Positions 25,690 through 38,225 of a stretch of DNA of 64,000 nt are shown here, in pieces. Source of the stretch: Cetorhinus maximus (Eukaryota); contig NW_027596099.1 of assembly GCF_964194155.1 (NCBI RefSeq), forward strand, positions 2,356,001 through 2,420,000. The letters are read 5' to 3'. How positions within the stretch are numbered: position 1 is the first letter of the stretch; the number at the start of each line of letters is the position of its first letter. The position numbers and the translations under genes were made by a program. Under the pieces are notes generated by a model. That model ran no database searches, was not told the DNA's origin, and saw only the letters and a program-made list of their open reading frames with translations.

Positions 25690-27060
25690 TATACATTCAG
25701 GAGCAGGGCGCGTAGCCCCTGAAGTCTGCTCTGCCATTCATGCCTGATATTATTTTAATCTCAATTCCACTTACCTGCCTGTTCACCATTACCCTTGACA
25801 CCTTGATTGTTTCAAATTCTGCCTATTTCAGCCATCAATGTCCTTGAGTACAGGGGCAAGGATGCATTACTGCAGCTGGAAAGGCCCACAGTGAGACAAC
25901 AACTGGAGCATTGTGTGTAGTTTTAGTCTCCTTAGCTAATAAAACACATGCTTACCATAGGGGGACTGCAGCGAAAGTTCGTTGGAATGATTCCTTGGAA
26001 TACAGGATTGTCCTAAGAGGGCAGTCTGGGCCGACTAGGCCTGTACTCACTGGAATTTAGAAGACAGAGAGGGAATCTCATTGACACATAAACAATTATG
26101 ACAGGGCTGGAAAGACTGGATGAACGGATGATGCATCCTCTGGCTGGGGGTGATTTAGGTCAAGCGGTCAAAGTCTCAGGATACAGGGTGGGCCATTTAG
26201 AACTGAGGTGAGGAGAAACCTCTTCTCTCCGATGTTTGTGAACGTGTGCAATTCTCTACCACAGAAGGCTATGGAGGCCAACGCACTGAATATATTAATG
26301 GAGGAGATAGACAGGTCTCCCTTCTCTAAAGATGTCAAAAGTGTGTGGCGAAAGAGTGGTAGCACGGCGTTGAGGTAATTGGTCATGCATGATCACATCG
26401 AATGTTGGAGCAGGCTTGAAGGGACGAATGACCGTTTCCAGCTCTTATTCTCTATGTTTCTGAGGTGTAATGACGGTCTCTGCAGCTCTCTGGAATGGAT
26501 AATGGTAACAAATCAGCACCATCTGTGAGGAGAAGATGCTCCTGGGCGTAATCAGTTATAGACGCCCTCTGATTCCCAATCGACGCTCCATTTCTTCTAG
26601 AATCCCCCACGAGGGGAACATTCACACACTATCCACCCCCTTAACTGCCATCAAGATTACGAAACGATTTCAAAGCGTTTCCTCGTATTCTTCCACACCC
26701 CCATGAGTATCGAGCTAAGCTGATCATTCGAAGAATAAAAAATATTGAACCTATTATGGAGTGGTTCCAATTCAGTTATATTATTCCTCACATAATGTGA
26801 TCAATATTGCCTGAAAAACGCTCATTCGCATTCTGCGCCGTTGCCCCGATACATCCCTACACTTATAATCCAACCGTTTTCAATAAAGGTGAACATTCAG
26901 TTTCCCTCCGGTAGCTGTTTCACCTGCAGACGAATGCTTTGTGTCTCATGTAAGAGGAAATTCGGATCTCTCCATGCCGCAGCATTGTACAATCGCTATC
27001 CATTGAAACCCTATTTTTTTTAGAGCGAGTTGTTAACCACCCTTCGGGCAATGGAACTGG
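25690..27060. mobile_element. Cluster of CR1 3' fragments: - (25690-25830), + (25840-26465), - (26480-27060)
   Basis: Characteristic CR1 3' RT and tail sequence: gagaaacctcttctctccga, gtgcaattctctaccacagaaggctatggaggcca, and a tail ending ctcttattctctatgtttc. Confidence 0.75.
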
Positions 27061-28084
27061 CCTGTTTTTATTTATACTCTCCGGTGAATAGCAAGAAACC
27101 ACCACGTGATGAAAGCCCTGATCCCACGAAGAATCCCGCTAAATCTCATCAGCTTGTACCCTTAATACGTCCCAGTTTTATCTACTTGTCCATTGGCCTT
27201 TAGTTACTTATGTACATGCGTTCATATTGGGCTCCTCAATAACCACCCCCCCGCCACCCACCACCCACCCCCGCTTCCCTCCGTGTGTAAAAATAAAGAT
27301 ATACAAAAATTTCTTTGAAATTGGGTAAGGGTGGATGATTTTCCTGTATCTCACAATGAGCCCCGAATCATTTGAAGAATGTGAATGTAAACGGATGCTT
27401 ACGGACACCGTGCTCCCGCATCGTTAGAAGATGTTGCAAGACGGCGCTGAGACTGGCGGCATCAAGCTTATACAGAAGAGAGTCGATGATTTGACGAGGA
27501 TTCTCTGCCCTGCCAGCTGCTGTTGCTGGAAACATACAGCAATGTTTGTGGCTTAAACACTGGTTTTACATTTCTGCACCAACAAAATAAACTGACCTTC
27601 ACAAGGCGACTTTCAACGTAGCGAAATGAAACTAAAGAGGCGACACGGGTGTCTGATCAGTCATGCCTCAGCTAAATAAACACCTGGGTCGAGTACACCT
27701 GAAGTGTTTCTGCCATGTATTTGCCTATAACTTGGAGCAAGTCAGGGTAGGCTAAGGGCAACATTGCCTTGGGCTGAAAGAAAGATATAAAAAAGGGGAG
27801 GTGGGGGTCTGGGGTGTGGTGGGGTGTGGGTGTGGTGGTGTTTTGGGAGGCAGGGGATCAAGCAAATTGTATGTTATCCCTTGAATTTTGAACATTCAGA
27901 AATAACCTACCCGCCATTTTCACGGTATTAACTAGAGCTGAAATGGAGGATTGACAAAAATAAATGAATAAATAAATAGATCTGCTTGTTGGACATTTTA
28001 GCACGGTGGGGGTTTTTGGGGATGTTCGTTGGGTGGGTGGGTACAAAAGGTAAATAAAAAACTAGGCCTGAACTTCTCTGATTG

Positions 28085-29470
28085 AAATAAAAGGAAATGT
28101 CATTTAAATGTTAAGAGTTCGATAAAGGGAAGGTTGTTGATGTTGTCTATAAGGTTTTTCAAAATTAATTTAATACAGTGCCACACAACAGACCTGTGAG
28201 CGAAATTCCAGGCCATGGAATAAAAAGGAAAGTAGGCAATTAAATATGGAATTGGCTGAATGAAAGGAAACAGAGAGGAGCGATAGATGGCTGTTTTTCA
28301 GATTGGTGGAAGGTTTGGAGTTCCTCAGAGATCAGTTCTGGGGCCCCCTTGCTCTGCCTGGTATATATTAATGGCCCAGAATCTGGTGGGCAGGGCATGA
28401 TTTCAAATTTACACATGATATGGAGATTGAACTTGTTGTCAACTGTGATGGGGACAATCTTGAACTTGAAATGGACATAGACGTGCTCGAGGATTGTGCA
28501 TAGAAGAGACAGATAAAGTTCATTGCAGAGAGAGTGAGATGATCCGTTTCATCAGGAATGTTATGGTGAGACGGTATGAAATGAAGGGAGAGCTTCTAAA
28601 GGAGATGCATGAAAATAGGAATCTCAGTGTATTCGTACATAGGTTTTTTGAAGGTGGCAGGGTGTGTTGACAGCACAGTTCGTAAATCATATACTATCTT
28701 AGGCTTTATTAATAGGGGCATTGTGTACAAGAGTAAGGCGATCATGTTGAACTTGGATAATACAATAATTAGGCCTCATATGGATTGCAGGTCCAGTTTC
28801 GGGCACTGTACTTGCGGAAGGATGTGAAGACAATATATCGAGTACGGAGGAGATTAACAAGAAGTATCCCCGGGATGTAGAAATGTAGCTATGAAGATTG
28901 AAGAAAAAATTCCATTGAAGAAAAGAAAGAGAGGAGTGGAGACTTGGTTGAGGCACTGTACTTGCGGAAGGATGTGAAGACAATATATCGAGTACGGAGG
29001 AGATTCACAAGAAGTATCCCCGGGATGTAGAAATGTAGCTATGAAGATTGAAGAAAAATTTCCATTGAAGAAAAGAAAGAGAGGAGTGGAGACTTGGTTG
29101 AGGTATTCAAGATCTTGAGGAGTATGAACAGGGTAAATGGTGAGGAAATGTTCCCACCTAAGTGAGCATCAAGAACTAGATGGCACATATTCAAAATGAT
29201 TAGCAAAACGTGCAGAAAGGACGGGAGGGAAATTGTTTTTTTTTCGGCCAGCTTGCATTTGGCATCCGGAACAAACTTCCTGGAATTTGCTAGATACAAT
29301 TCCGATCGAGGTTTTCAAAAGGGAATTGGATTCTTACCTGAAAACAGAGAATATAGAAGGTTACACGGATAATGCAAGGGATAGGGGATTATGCGGAATG
29401 CTCTTTCAGATAGCCAGAGAGAAATCGATTTGCCGAATAGCCTCCTCCTGCACTGTAAAGGTACTGTAAT
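28085..29470 (+). mobile_element. CR1 LINE RT and 3' end, decayed, with an internal 150-bp tandem duplication
   Basis: VDVVYKVFQN*FNTVPH, PQRSVLGP-like and ILGFINRGIVYKSK fragments, followed by a 3' tail. Confidence 0.85.
28802..29101 (+). repeat. 150-bp direct tandem duplication (28802-28951, 28952-29101)
   Basis: Two copies with only 2 mismatches and GG microhomology at the junction. Confidence 0.95.
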
Positions 29471-29599
29471 GTTGTGAAGAGAGATCTTCCAAAAATGGGA
29501 ATTTGCGCTTGAACAATTATTACAATTGAGGTGTAGATTCGCAGCTTTGTCAACCATATGTCCAGAGGGTTAGGGGGACAAGAGGTGAGAGTTATGAAC

Positions 29600-31430
29600 C
29601 ACGGAAAAGATAAAGCGCAGAAGGATCCTATTCAGCGCACGGTGTCTGCACCGGCCATGGAAAGAGAAAAATAAATCAACCAGTAGCTCATTTTAAACCC
29701 CAGTTTCCCGCACCTGTTCCGTAGCAATTCAGGTTACAGCGTTTCAGGTACCATTTAATTGAGTTGAAGGTTTCAGGTTCAACCACCAGTTTAGGCAGTG
29801 AATCCCAGGCACCCAGTATCCTCTGGGTGAAATGTATTTTCTTTGTGTCACCCTAATCCCACAGACCCCGCCACACCGCACGCCACGTTTAATGACCTGG
29901 CAACATTCCTGTAAATCCGTTCTGCACTGTCTCAGAACTCTGTTGTCCTTCCTATAATGTGGTGACCGGAATTCTACACAAAATTCCAGCTGCGGCCTAA
30001 CCAGCTTTTTGGACAATTCCAACATTGCATCTCTGCTTTTGTATTCAACACCTCATCCAATAAAGGGAACATTCCATCTGCGTTCTTTACCCCCTCTCCA
30101 CGTGCCCTGAAACATTGGAGGACCTGTGGATAAGCACTCCCAGGTCTTCACTTCCTCAGCCACTATCAATAAGTTCCTGTTTATTGAGTATCCCCTTGCT
30201 TGGGTTGCCCTCACCAAATGCATTAGCTCACCCTTTTTCTGGATTAATTTCTATTTGGCAACTTTCTGCCTACTCATTCAAACCATTGATAGCTTCCTGG
30301 AGGCAGCACTTTTCCAAATTACTACTAAATGCAGGGCCAATTATTGGTTCCTCTGCAAATTTCCGGATCGCACATTTAAGTGCAAATCATTGATATATCC
30401 AACAAACAGCAAGAGCCCCAACACTGAGCGCATTGAAATCCACTGGGAACCGCGTTCCATTTGCAAAAACAGCCATCGGCCATTGCAATTTGTCGCCTGT
30501 CAATGAGCCAACTTTGGATCGAGATTGCCACCTTCCCCCGTATCCAATGGGATCACACTTGTTTGACCAGTCTGTCATGCGGGGCCTTGTCAAGTGCCTT
30601 GGGAATATCCTTGTTTATAACATCCGGTGAACTGCTCTCATCAATCCGACTTGTTACTTCGTGAAAAATGTCTATTAATTTGGTATGGCACTATCATCAA
30701 TTGAGAAAACCATTCTGACTATCCGTAATCAATCTCTTCCTTTCAAAGTGACAATATATCCTGCATCTCACAATTGATACCAATTATTTGCCCACCAGTG
30801 AAGACATACTAATTGGTTTATAATTTTATGGCCGCTCCCACACAAACTATTTCAAAATTTGGTACAGCCCTTGCAGTCTCCCAATCCTCTTCTACCTTGC
30901 TTGTATCTAGTGAGGATTGGAAAGTAGTCTTAAGGGCATTCGTTATTTCCTCCCTGGTTTCCTTTAACAGCCTGGCATATAATCCATCTGGCCCTGGTAA
31001 TTTATCGAACTTCAGTGAAGCCAGTCCTTCAGTGCGCCCTCTCTAACTATGCTTATTGCATGTAAGCTTTCACATGTCTTCACCTTAAGTAGAATGTCTG
31101 CATCATCCCTCTCCTTAGTGAAGACAGAGAAAAAGTACACATTTGGGACCCTGCCCACATCTTCAGCATCAACCCACAAGTTTCCATGGAGGCCTCGGTT
31201 AGGCCGGACCGTGTCCTCAGTTATTCTCTTGTTCCTAATCTACTGATAAAGAATAATGGAGTTTTCTTTGATTTTACTTGCCAAATTTTATTGTTACCAC
31301 CTCGTTGCTTTCCTACTTTCCTTTTTTAACCTCGCACCTGTATGTCCTATACTTCTATAGGCTGTCTACAGTTTTACTCTGCTTGTGCCTGTCACAGGGC
31401 CTTTTTTATCTGCTTTATCTTAAACCACAA
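29600..31430 (-). mobile_element. CR1 LINE ORF2 (RT) and 3' end, decayed
   Basis: Minus-strand MLELSKKLVRPQLEFCVEFRSPHYRKD; reverse complement of F.KALDKAPH and PGPDGLYARLLKE. Confidence 0.85.
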
Positions 31431-32210
31431 TCGTCTAGATAAATTTAGGTCATTGAATGAGGACAGAGATTTGAACGGATGAATGGGCTACTCGTGTTCG
31501 TATTTCTTTACGTGAGATACACAGAGATGGTAGTGCCAACAGCGGAGGCTTATTAGAGAATGGGATGAAGCGGAACACAGATAACACCGGATGGCAAACC
31601 CTCCATTTCTGCTCCTTGGTTTCTGGCCTCTTGAGCACCATCATTATTAACTGCTCCAACATTAGTTACCAACTGCTTATATTCTAAACATCTGTATCCC
31701 TTTCCCAAGCCTTCGTGTCTCTTCAATTGTCTCTGTTCCTTAAAATCACCCCGTTGGACCGAAGCCTCATTAGCCTGTGCTCACACCTCCTTATGTGAAG
31801 TGGTGTTAAATAACTGTTTGATATCATTGCTGTCAATCGCTGCGATGAGTTTGTGTTCTAAATGGTGCTCTATAACTAATGGTTATCATTATCATACACA
31901 TTTTTCATGGCTGACCAATGGTTAACAGCATGAGGCAAAACCTCAAACAGAAGTTAAACACTATGCATATTGGGAATCTGATTCGCCTCCTTTGCCAGCA
32001 GACGGAGGCCCCAAGGCATGATGAATATAATCATAGATTCACAGAGGTTTAAGGGACAGTAAAAGGCCCTTCGGCCCATCGGGCCTGCGCCATTCAATCA
32101 CCCAACTATTCTAATCCAATTTTGCACCACTAGGCCCATGGCCTTGATGTGGCATCGAATGTGCACATGTCAATCTCAACATGTTTGTGATTGTACAGTG
32201 TTCTGTCGGC

Positions 32211-32396
32211 ATCCATGAACTTTGATTGTATAATAATAACCTATGTCCTTCCATGAGATTTGTGTGTATAATAATAAACTGTGGACTTCCATGAACTTTG
32301 ATTGTATAATAATAACCTATGTGCTTCCATGAGCTTTGTGTGTATAACAATAAATTGTGGACTTCCATGAACTTTGATTGTATAATAATAAACTGT
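32211..32396 (+). repeat. 38-bp minisatellite with ABABA higher-order structure
   Basis: Monomers start at 32211, 32249, 32287, 32325 and 32363. A = ttccatgaactttgattgtataataataacctatgtgc; B = ttccatgagatttgtgtgtataataataaactgtggac. Confidence 0.9.
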
Positions 32397-32449
32397 TGGC
32401 ACGCGTGGGCTTTGACAGATCTTAGACGATAGGAACTGTGACTCACCTC

Positions 32450-33375
32450 GAGCAATGGAGATGTAGCTTGATATAATCTGCTCAAAAGCGATCAGATCTC
32501 CTTCCTCTGCCTGGTCGAGGAGACAGACGAGATTTTGTCGACGAGTCTTTGCATTGTCCCGGTCACCACTGGAGATAATTCCTGTAAGTGAAATGAAAAG
32601 CAGTCACAGAATCCACCGCCAAACGTTCGCACTGTGGAGTTAGAATTTGAAAACTGCTTGAGATCGGAGACCGAGGACTGGGCATTTCATTGACTGGGGA
32701 GTGTGCCACGGAGGTGATGTGCAAGGTACATCACGACATGTCTGCCAATAGCGAAGTGATGATCATCAAAAATGTACAATGACCTGGATATGGAGGATTG
32801 TCAGGAGCCAGGAGTGCTTGAATGCCTGGAGGATTGAAATGACAGAGCGATTTGCTAATAGCATATATGAAAATGTTAAAGTTCTGTATCCCTATCCAGT
32901 GAAGGACTGTGGATCCCAGGTTAATGGTGGAATGTGGACTTCATACGAGCAGGAAACTTTATCACTCAACTGAACAGTTACAATCTATCTGCAGAACTCA
33001 CGTTGAACGTCCTTTCTGAAGACTAAGAACTGATTAAAGAAGAAGGCGAGCAGATTGTCATCACAGCGGTCGAGGAGATCACTGATCCTCTGCCGTGAAT
33101 TCTTCAGACCTCCAGAGACCTTAACTAGAAATGAGAGAGAAGCATTTGTCAGAGTGCATGAGGTCATTCACTCCGGCAGACAATACCGAATAGAAACGGG
33201 GAAGGAGGGAAGTAAATTTGGAAGAAATGAATGATGTAAGGTAGTGAATGCTGGGAAGAGGGATGAAATTTAAGGGGGGAAGGAAGAAGGAAAGTTCTTG
33301 GAAGTACATAGAATATAGAGCGCCGTAATTGCTCACCTAGCCAAGTTAACGAGGGGTGGTGTTTAGACTTCACCC
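32450..33375 (-). mobile_element. Decayed LINE (L2-like) AP-endonuclease fragment
   Basis: Minus-strand remnants in the order expected for the TETW, GGGVA, YRPP, GDFN and SDH motifs. Weak. Confidence 0.35.
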
Positions 33376-33719
33376 AAGTCTCATCCCATTCTCGCTTCTC
33401 ATCTCAGCCTCGCATCCCATATTTCCAATCACCTTTATACAAGTGCTCTCCCAGTGTCACTTTAAACTGCCTGCCGGAAACATTTCCTGTGCTCATGCGT
33501 TACACAGTACACCCACTTACTCAATGAAGAAATGAGTCCTTCTCTAAGCATCAGTCAATAATGATTATGGATAGGGAGATAATTCCTTTCCACGGCAATT
33601 GAGTGCATTCACTCCAATTCAACCCTGTCCTTACCATTCATAAACTTAAAGGATTCATCCTCTTAAAAGTCAACGCAAAATAATCTCTAACTTTATTACA
33701 ATAGTCACCACCTGCTCAA

Positions 33720-34390
33720 TACTATAGAATTTTGCAAAGGTTACTATACAGAAAGAGGCCACTTGGGTCACCGTGTCTGCACCAGCTGGAAAACGAGCCG
33801 TCTCGCCTCATCCAGCATTTGTTCTGTAACCATGCAGCCAACAACACTTCATGTGCGTATCCACACCCTTTTTAAGTGACATGAGCGGTTCTGCCTCGAC
33901 TACACTTTCTGGCAATGAGTTGCGGAACCCTGCATCCCACTGTCTGAAACAAAAAAATCTCAACTCCCTTTCCATTTTTTAACACAGATCAACTAAAATC
34001 TATGCCACCTAATCACTGCTCTCTCTGGTAAAGGAAATTTCTCCTTCATATCTTATTGAGCCAGGCCCCTAATAATTCTGTACATCTCAACCAATTCACC
34101 CCTTGGCTCCGCTGTTTGATGGAGAACAATCACAGCCGATCCATTCTTTCTGCACAGCTGCAGTTTTCCAGTCCGATCCCCAAAAGCCTCCACCGTATCT
34201 TATCCAATACAATCAGATCTTTGTTGTAATACGGTAACCAGCGCTGCACTCAGGAATCATGTATGCCTGATTAATGATTTGCACAGATGCAGTATATGCG
34301 CCATGCTTGTCTGTTCTATACCTCAGTTAAGAAATGAAATGATTCCATAGGCCCTCTTAAACACTTTGTAAACCTGCCATGCTATTCAGG
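33720..34390 (-). mobile_element. CR1 LINE 3' fragment
   Basis: Reverse-complement CR1 tail (atagaatttt...acagaaagaggccacttggg) continuing into RT C-terminal sequence. Confidence 0.65.
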
Positions 34391-35079
34391 AACACGTGGG
34401 GAATCACTGCAAGGATTTAGGAAGAAAGGAAGGATTGAAGAATGGGTGGAGGCATAAAATGTATAAAGGAAGAGACGACAATTAAAGCCTCCAAAATTGG
34501 AATCAAAATTAAGCAAATGTTTCAGCTCTATTATTCTTAGCCAAGCAACAAATAAATTCAAGGAAACCATAACTTAGAGCGATAGTGTCGGCCTTACAGG
34601 TGATGAAGTCTCTGAAGGTTAACATGTGCCTCAAGACGAATTGAAGATTCGGATTGTCGAACGTATTCAAAATGTCCTCAATCTTCCCGCGAGGGTTTTC
34701 ATCACTCATGGACGCCATTGCTGAAAAGACATATCAACATTTCTCGGTCCCTGATTGGTCAAACCAGACATCAGATGCGACCTAAACAGTGATAACACAA
34801 GTGGTGCCATGAAACAATGGATCTCCCCGCAGCTGGGAGTCAGAATGATCAATGTCTGCGGGGAATCATTTGTTATCCCAAAAAACCTGCAATTACGTAG
34901 CGCCCGTCAGGATTACAGTTCGCCCTAAATGTTTTCACAGCCTGATAATTATATTTTAGAAAATGCCGCACTCTCTGTTGAAAAGTAGATATTGTGGCGC
35001 CCAATCAGTACACAGACAATATCTTCATATTTCAGTAATGTTCACTTAAGCGGAAAGCATTCGGTCCAGGACAGTAGGG

Positions 35080-35765
35080 GTATTCAAACCCAATGCCATT
35101 GTTAAAACACCGACCATCAAGATCTTGGGAGGCAACATTGATCAGAAACTGAACTGGACCAGACATATAAATGATTAGGTTACAAGAGCAGGCCAAGGCT
35201 GGTAATCCCGCTGGAAACCTACCGCCTGATTCTCCAATCCCAGCCCAACACCGACAAGGCAAAAGTCAGGGGTGTGATGGAATATTCTCCACTTCTCCAG
35301 AAGAGCACTGCTACAACAACAATCAAGAAGCCACCATCCAGGACAAAGCAGCCTGTTTGAATGTCACCCTACCCACAAACATTAATTCCCCCACCACTGA
35401 CGCACAGCAGTAGCAGTTTGTACGATCCATAACATGCACTGCAGGAACTCACCAAGGCTCCTTAAATAGTACCTTCAACATCCACGACCACGACCGTCTA
35501 GAAGGAGAAGGGCAGCAGATATATGGCAACCACCTGGAAGTTCCCCTCCAAGATACAGGCCATCCTGACTTGTAATTATATCATCATTCCTTCACTGTCA
35601 CTGAGTCAAAATCCTGGAACTCCCACCCTCACAGTTCTGTGGGTGCACCTACACTACAGGGACTGCTGTGATTCAAGAAGGCAGCTCAACACCACATTCT
35701 CAAGGGATAATTAGGGTTTTCAGCAAACGCTCGTCTAATCAGCGCCCACATCCTTTGAATGAGTG
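35080..35765 (+). mobile_element. LINE (CR1/L2-group) RT C-terminus and 3' UTR fragment
   Basis: Homologous to 17265-17975 (accatcaagatcttggg...attgatcagaaactgaactggacc; caagaaggcagctcaaccacattctcaaggg). Confidence 0.7.
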
Positions 35766-36234
35766 ATTAATAAGAACAACAACACCCTGTGTTTCGCCGA
35801 ATGCATCTGAGGAATGTTTTACACCTTCATGCTGATGGGTGAGCAATGAGGTGAGTTAGTGAGTGATAGACGGAGTGGGAGGCCAGGGGAGTGAAGGAAT
35901 GAGGGAGAAATGAATTGAATTCAGGTCTGATGGAAACAGTGAAACTGAATCTCAATAAAATAAGCTCCAGTTCCCTGATTCAGAGCTGTTGCAAATCACT
36001 AAGTCAATTGACCTTATAGAATTCAAAGTCCAGTGCATAATCGTTTTTTCAGTGATAACGGCAATATATGTTTTTTCTTCGTGCTCTGTAATATTGGTTA
36101 AGGTTTTTCATTATATTACAACTGTGTAAATAAAATGTCGACAAAAGTCTCGACTCTAAGGAGGAATATCTAGCGATGAAGTCACACTCGAGGAACTTGA
36201 GCCCAATACTCCTTGCCTGCACTTTTTGTTTAGC

Positions 36235-36700
36235 AGCACTAACAGAGAGCTACACTGTCAGAGGGTGAGCAACCAGGGAGCGCTGTACTATCGGAGTGTC
36301 AGTGCTGAGTGAGTTCTGCACGGTTGGATGTTCAGTATTCAAGGAGCGCTGCACTGTCAGAGGGTCAGTATTGATGGATGCTGCGCTGTCGGAGGGTCAG
36401 TACTGAGGGAGTGCTGCTCTCTCGAAAGGTCAGTACTAAGGGAGCGCTGCACTGTCGGGTTTCAGTACTGAGCGAGTGCTGCACTGTTAGAGGGTCAGTT
36501 TTGAGGCAGCGTTGCACTGCTGGGGATCAGTACTTATAGAGTGCTACACTTTTTGAGGCTCTGTGCTGAGAGAGTGTTGCAATTTCGGAAGGGATCTATT
36601 AAGGCAGTTTTGCATTGTCAACCTTCTGTATTGAGGTCGTGCTGCATTGTCGGAGGGCCAGATCATAATGAGCTCCGCACTTTTGGACGGGCTGTTCTGA
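36235..36700 (+). repeat. 33-bp minisatellite, ~13 degenerate units
   Basis: Consensus gcgctgcactgtcggagggtcagtactgaggga recurs about every 33 bp. Confidence 0.9.
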
Positions 36701-37169
36701 CAGATAAAACATAGCTTCTTGATCAGTAATGAGCGGACATTCGTTCGCCAAAAGTGCAGAAGAACTCTGCGTTACTCCAGGTTTCGGTGATAGGTGAGGG
36801 CTGCACTGTTCTATATCCCATCATTCGAATGGAAACAGTTTTTTTTAAAAAGAGCATTCGTGTTCGCTCACATTTTCGAAACACTCGACTCTAAACACCT
36901 GGATAGACCAGAGCAGCAACACTTCAGCAACTCATCGGGGCTGTGGGGCTGGTGGTGGGAATTGAGATTTGCACTCACGCTCACAGAGCGACAATGAATT
37001 AAACATACATCTACAGAAAATTCCCAACATACAATCAATCTCACAGCAGTTTGAACCAGATCATATTGCTCACATTAATTCTTTGAGAGAAACGTGTAAC
37101 TTACCTTGGATCACTGCTTTCTGCTTGCACACCACAAGCTTCTCAGACCTATATCGTGAAAGTGGATCC

Positions 37170-38225
37170 GCCAAGAAGTGCAAACACCAGCTGATCGAAG
37201 TTCAGATCTTATCGAGTGGAATGAAGCCAAAATCAAGAAGAGAAATCCCGCCCCCCATTTAATCTACAAAGGCTTGGAATGCAAAGCTGGGGGAAGCACA
37301 CTGAAGTTTACATTGCCTGTGTCGGATCCAGCCAGCAGCGAATTGCATCAGGATCACTTTGTTCAGATATTCGCTCCTCATCTCACAGATGATATATTGA
37401 TCTTGGCAGCTGGGGGGACACTGCCCGGGTGTACGAGAACGCTGCTGTGCGATGCATGAGTTATATAGTGGTGCGGTTGAATTAACAATGCTGATAATGG
37501 ATGATTAAGCAATATGGTTGTGTGTTTAAGATAAATAAATCCCTCTGAAGGCCGTGTCGAGAACAAAGTGATTTTACAGGTGTGTCATTCAGGAGGCACG
37601 GCAGGCAGCTCGGGGAGATAGTGGCACAAATTAATCAAAACTCTCTGCGGCAACCAGTGGAAGCTAAACTCAGTTAATACATCTGGACTTATAAACTCAT
37701 CCCATTAATAGTGACGGATTTTGTAAGGACCCATCTGGATCATTAATGTCCGTAAGGGTATTAAATCTTCAGCACGTAGGAGCTCTGCGAGAAATGTGGC
37801 TACACGCCCACTGCAATGTGGTTGGCTATTGAATAGCCGAGAACAGCATTCAGTTCAAGCGCAATTGGGGATGGGAATAATAAGTTGCACTTGCCAATCC
37901 ACCGACATTCCAGGAAACAGCAACAAACAAAATATGAAACCACGGTTAGTGGAAATTTGGAACTCACTTCCACAAAGGGGTAAACTTTGGTTTTCCAGAC
38001 TGAGGCTGAGACTTTTAGCAGAAAGAGTATGAAGGTATCTGGAGGTATGTTGGTGGAATTGAGTTAGTGAACAGGTCACATATATGATATTACACTCTGG
38101 TGCAGACTCCAGGTGCTCCTTGCCTCTCACCTGTTCCAAAATAGATGTTCAAGTGAATTTATGGCCTCTTCCTGTCGCAGTGCCAGAGGCCCAAAGGGCT
38201 GAATGGCCTCCCCCTTTTATTATGT
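37170..38225 (+). mobile_element. Decayed CR1 3' fragments and a SINE-like tail
   Basis: ggaaatttggaactcacttccacaa, gggctgaatggcctccccc (CR1 tail) and gcaattggggatgggaataa (SINE/LINE tail). Confidence 0.5.
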
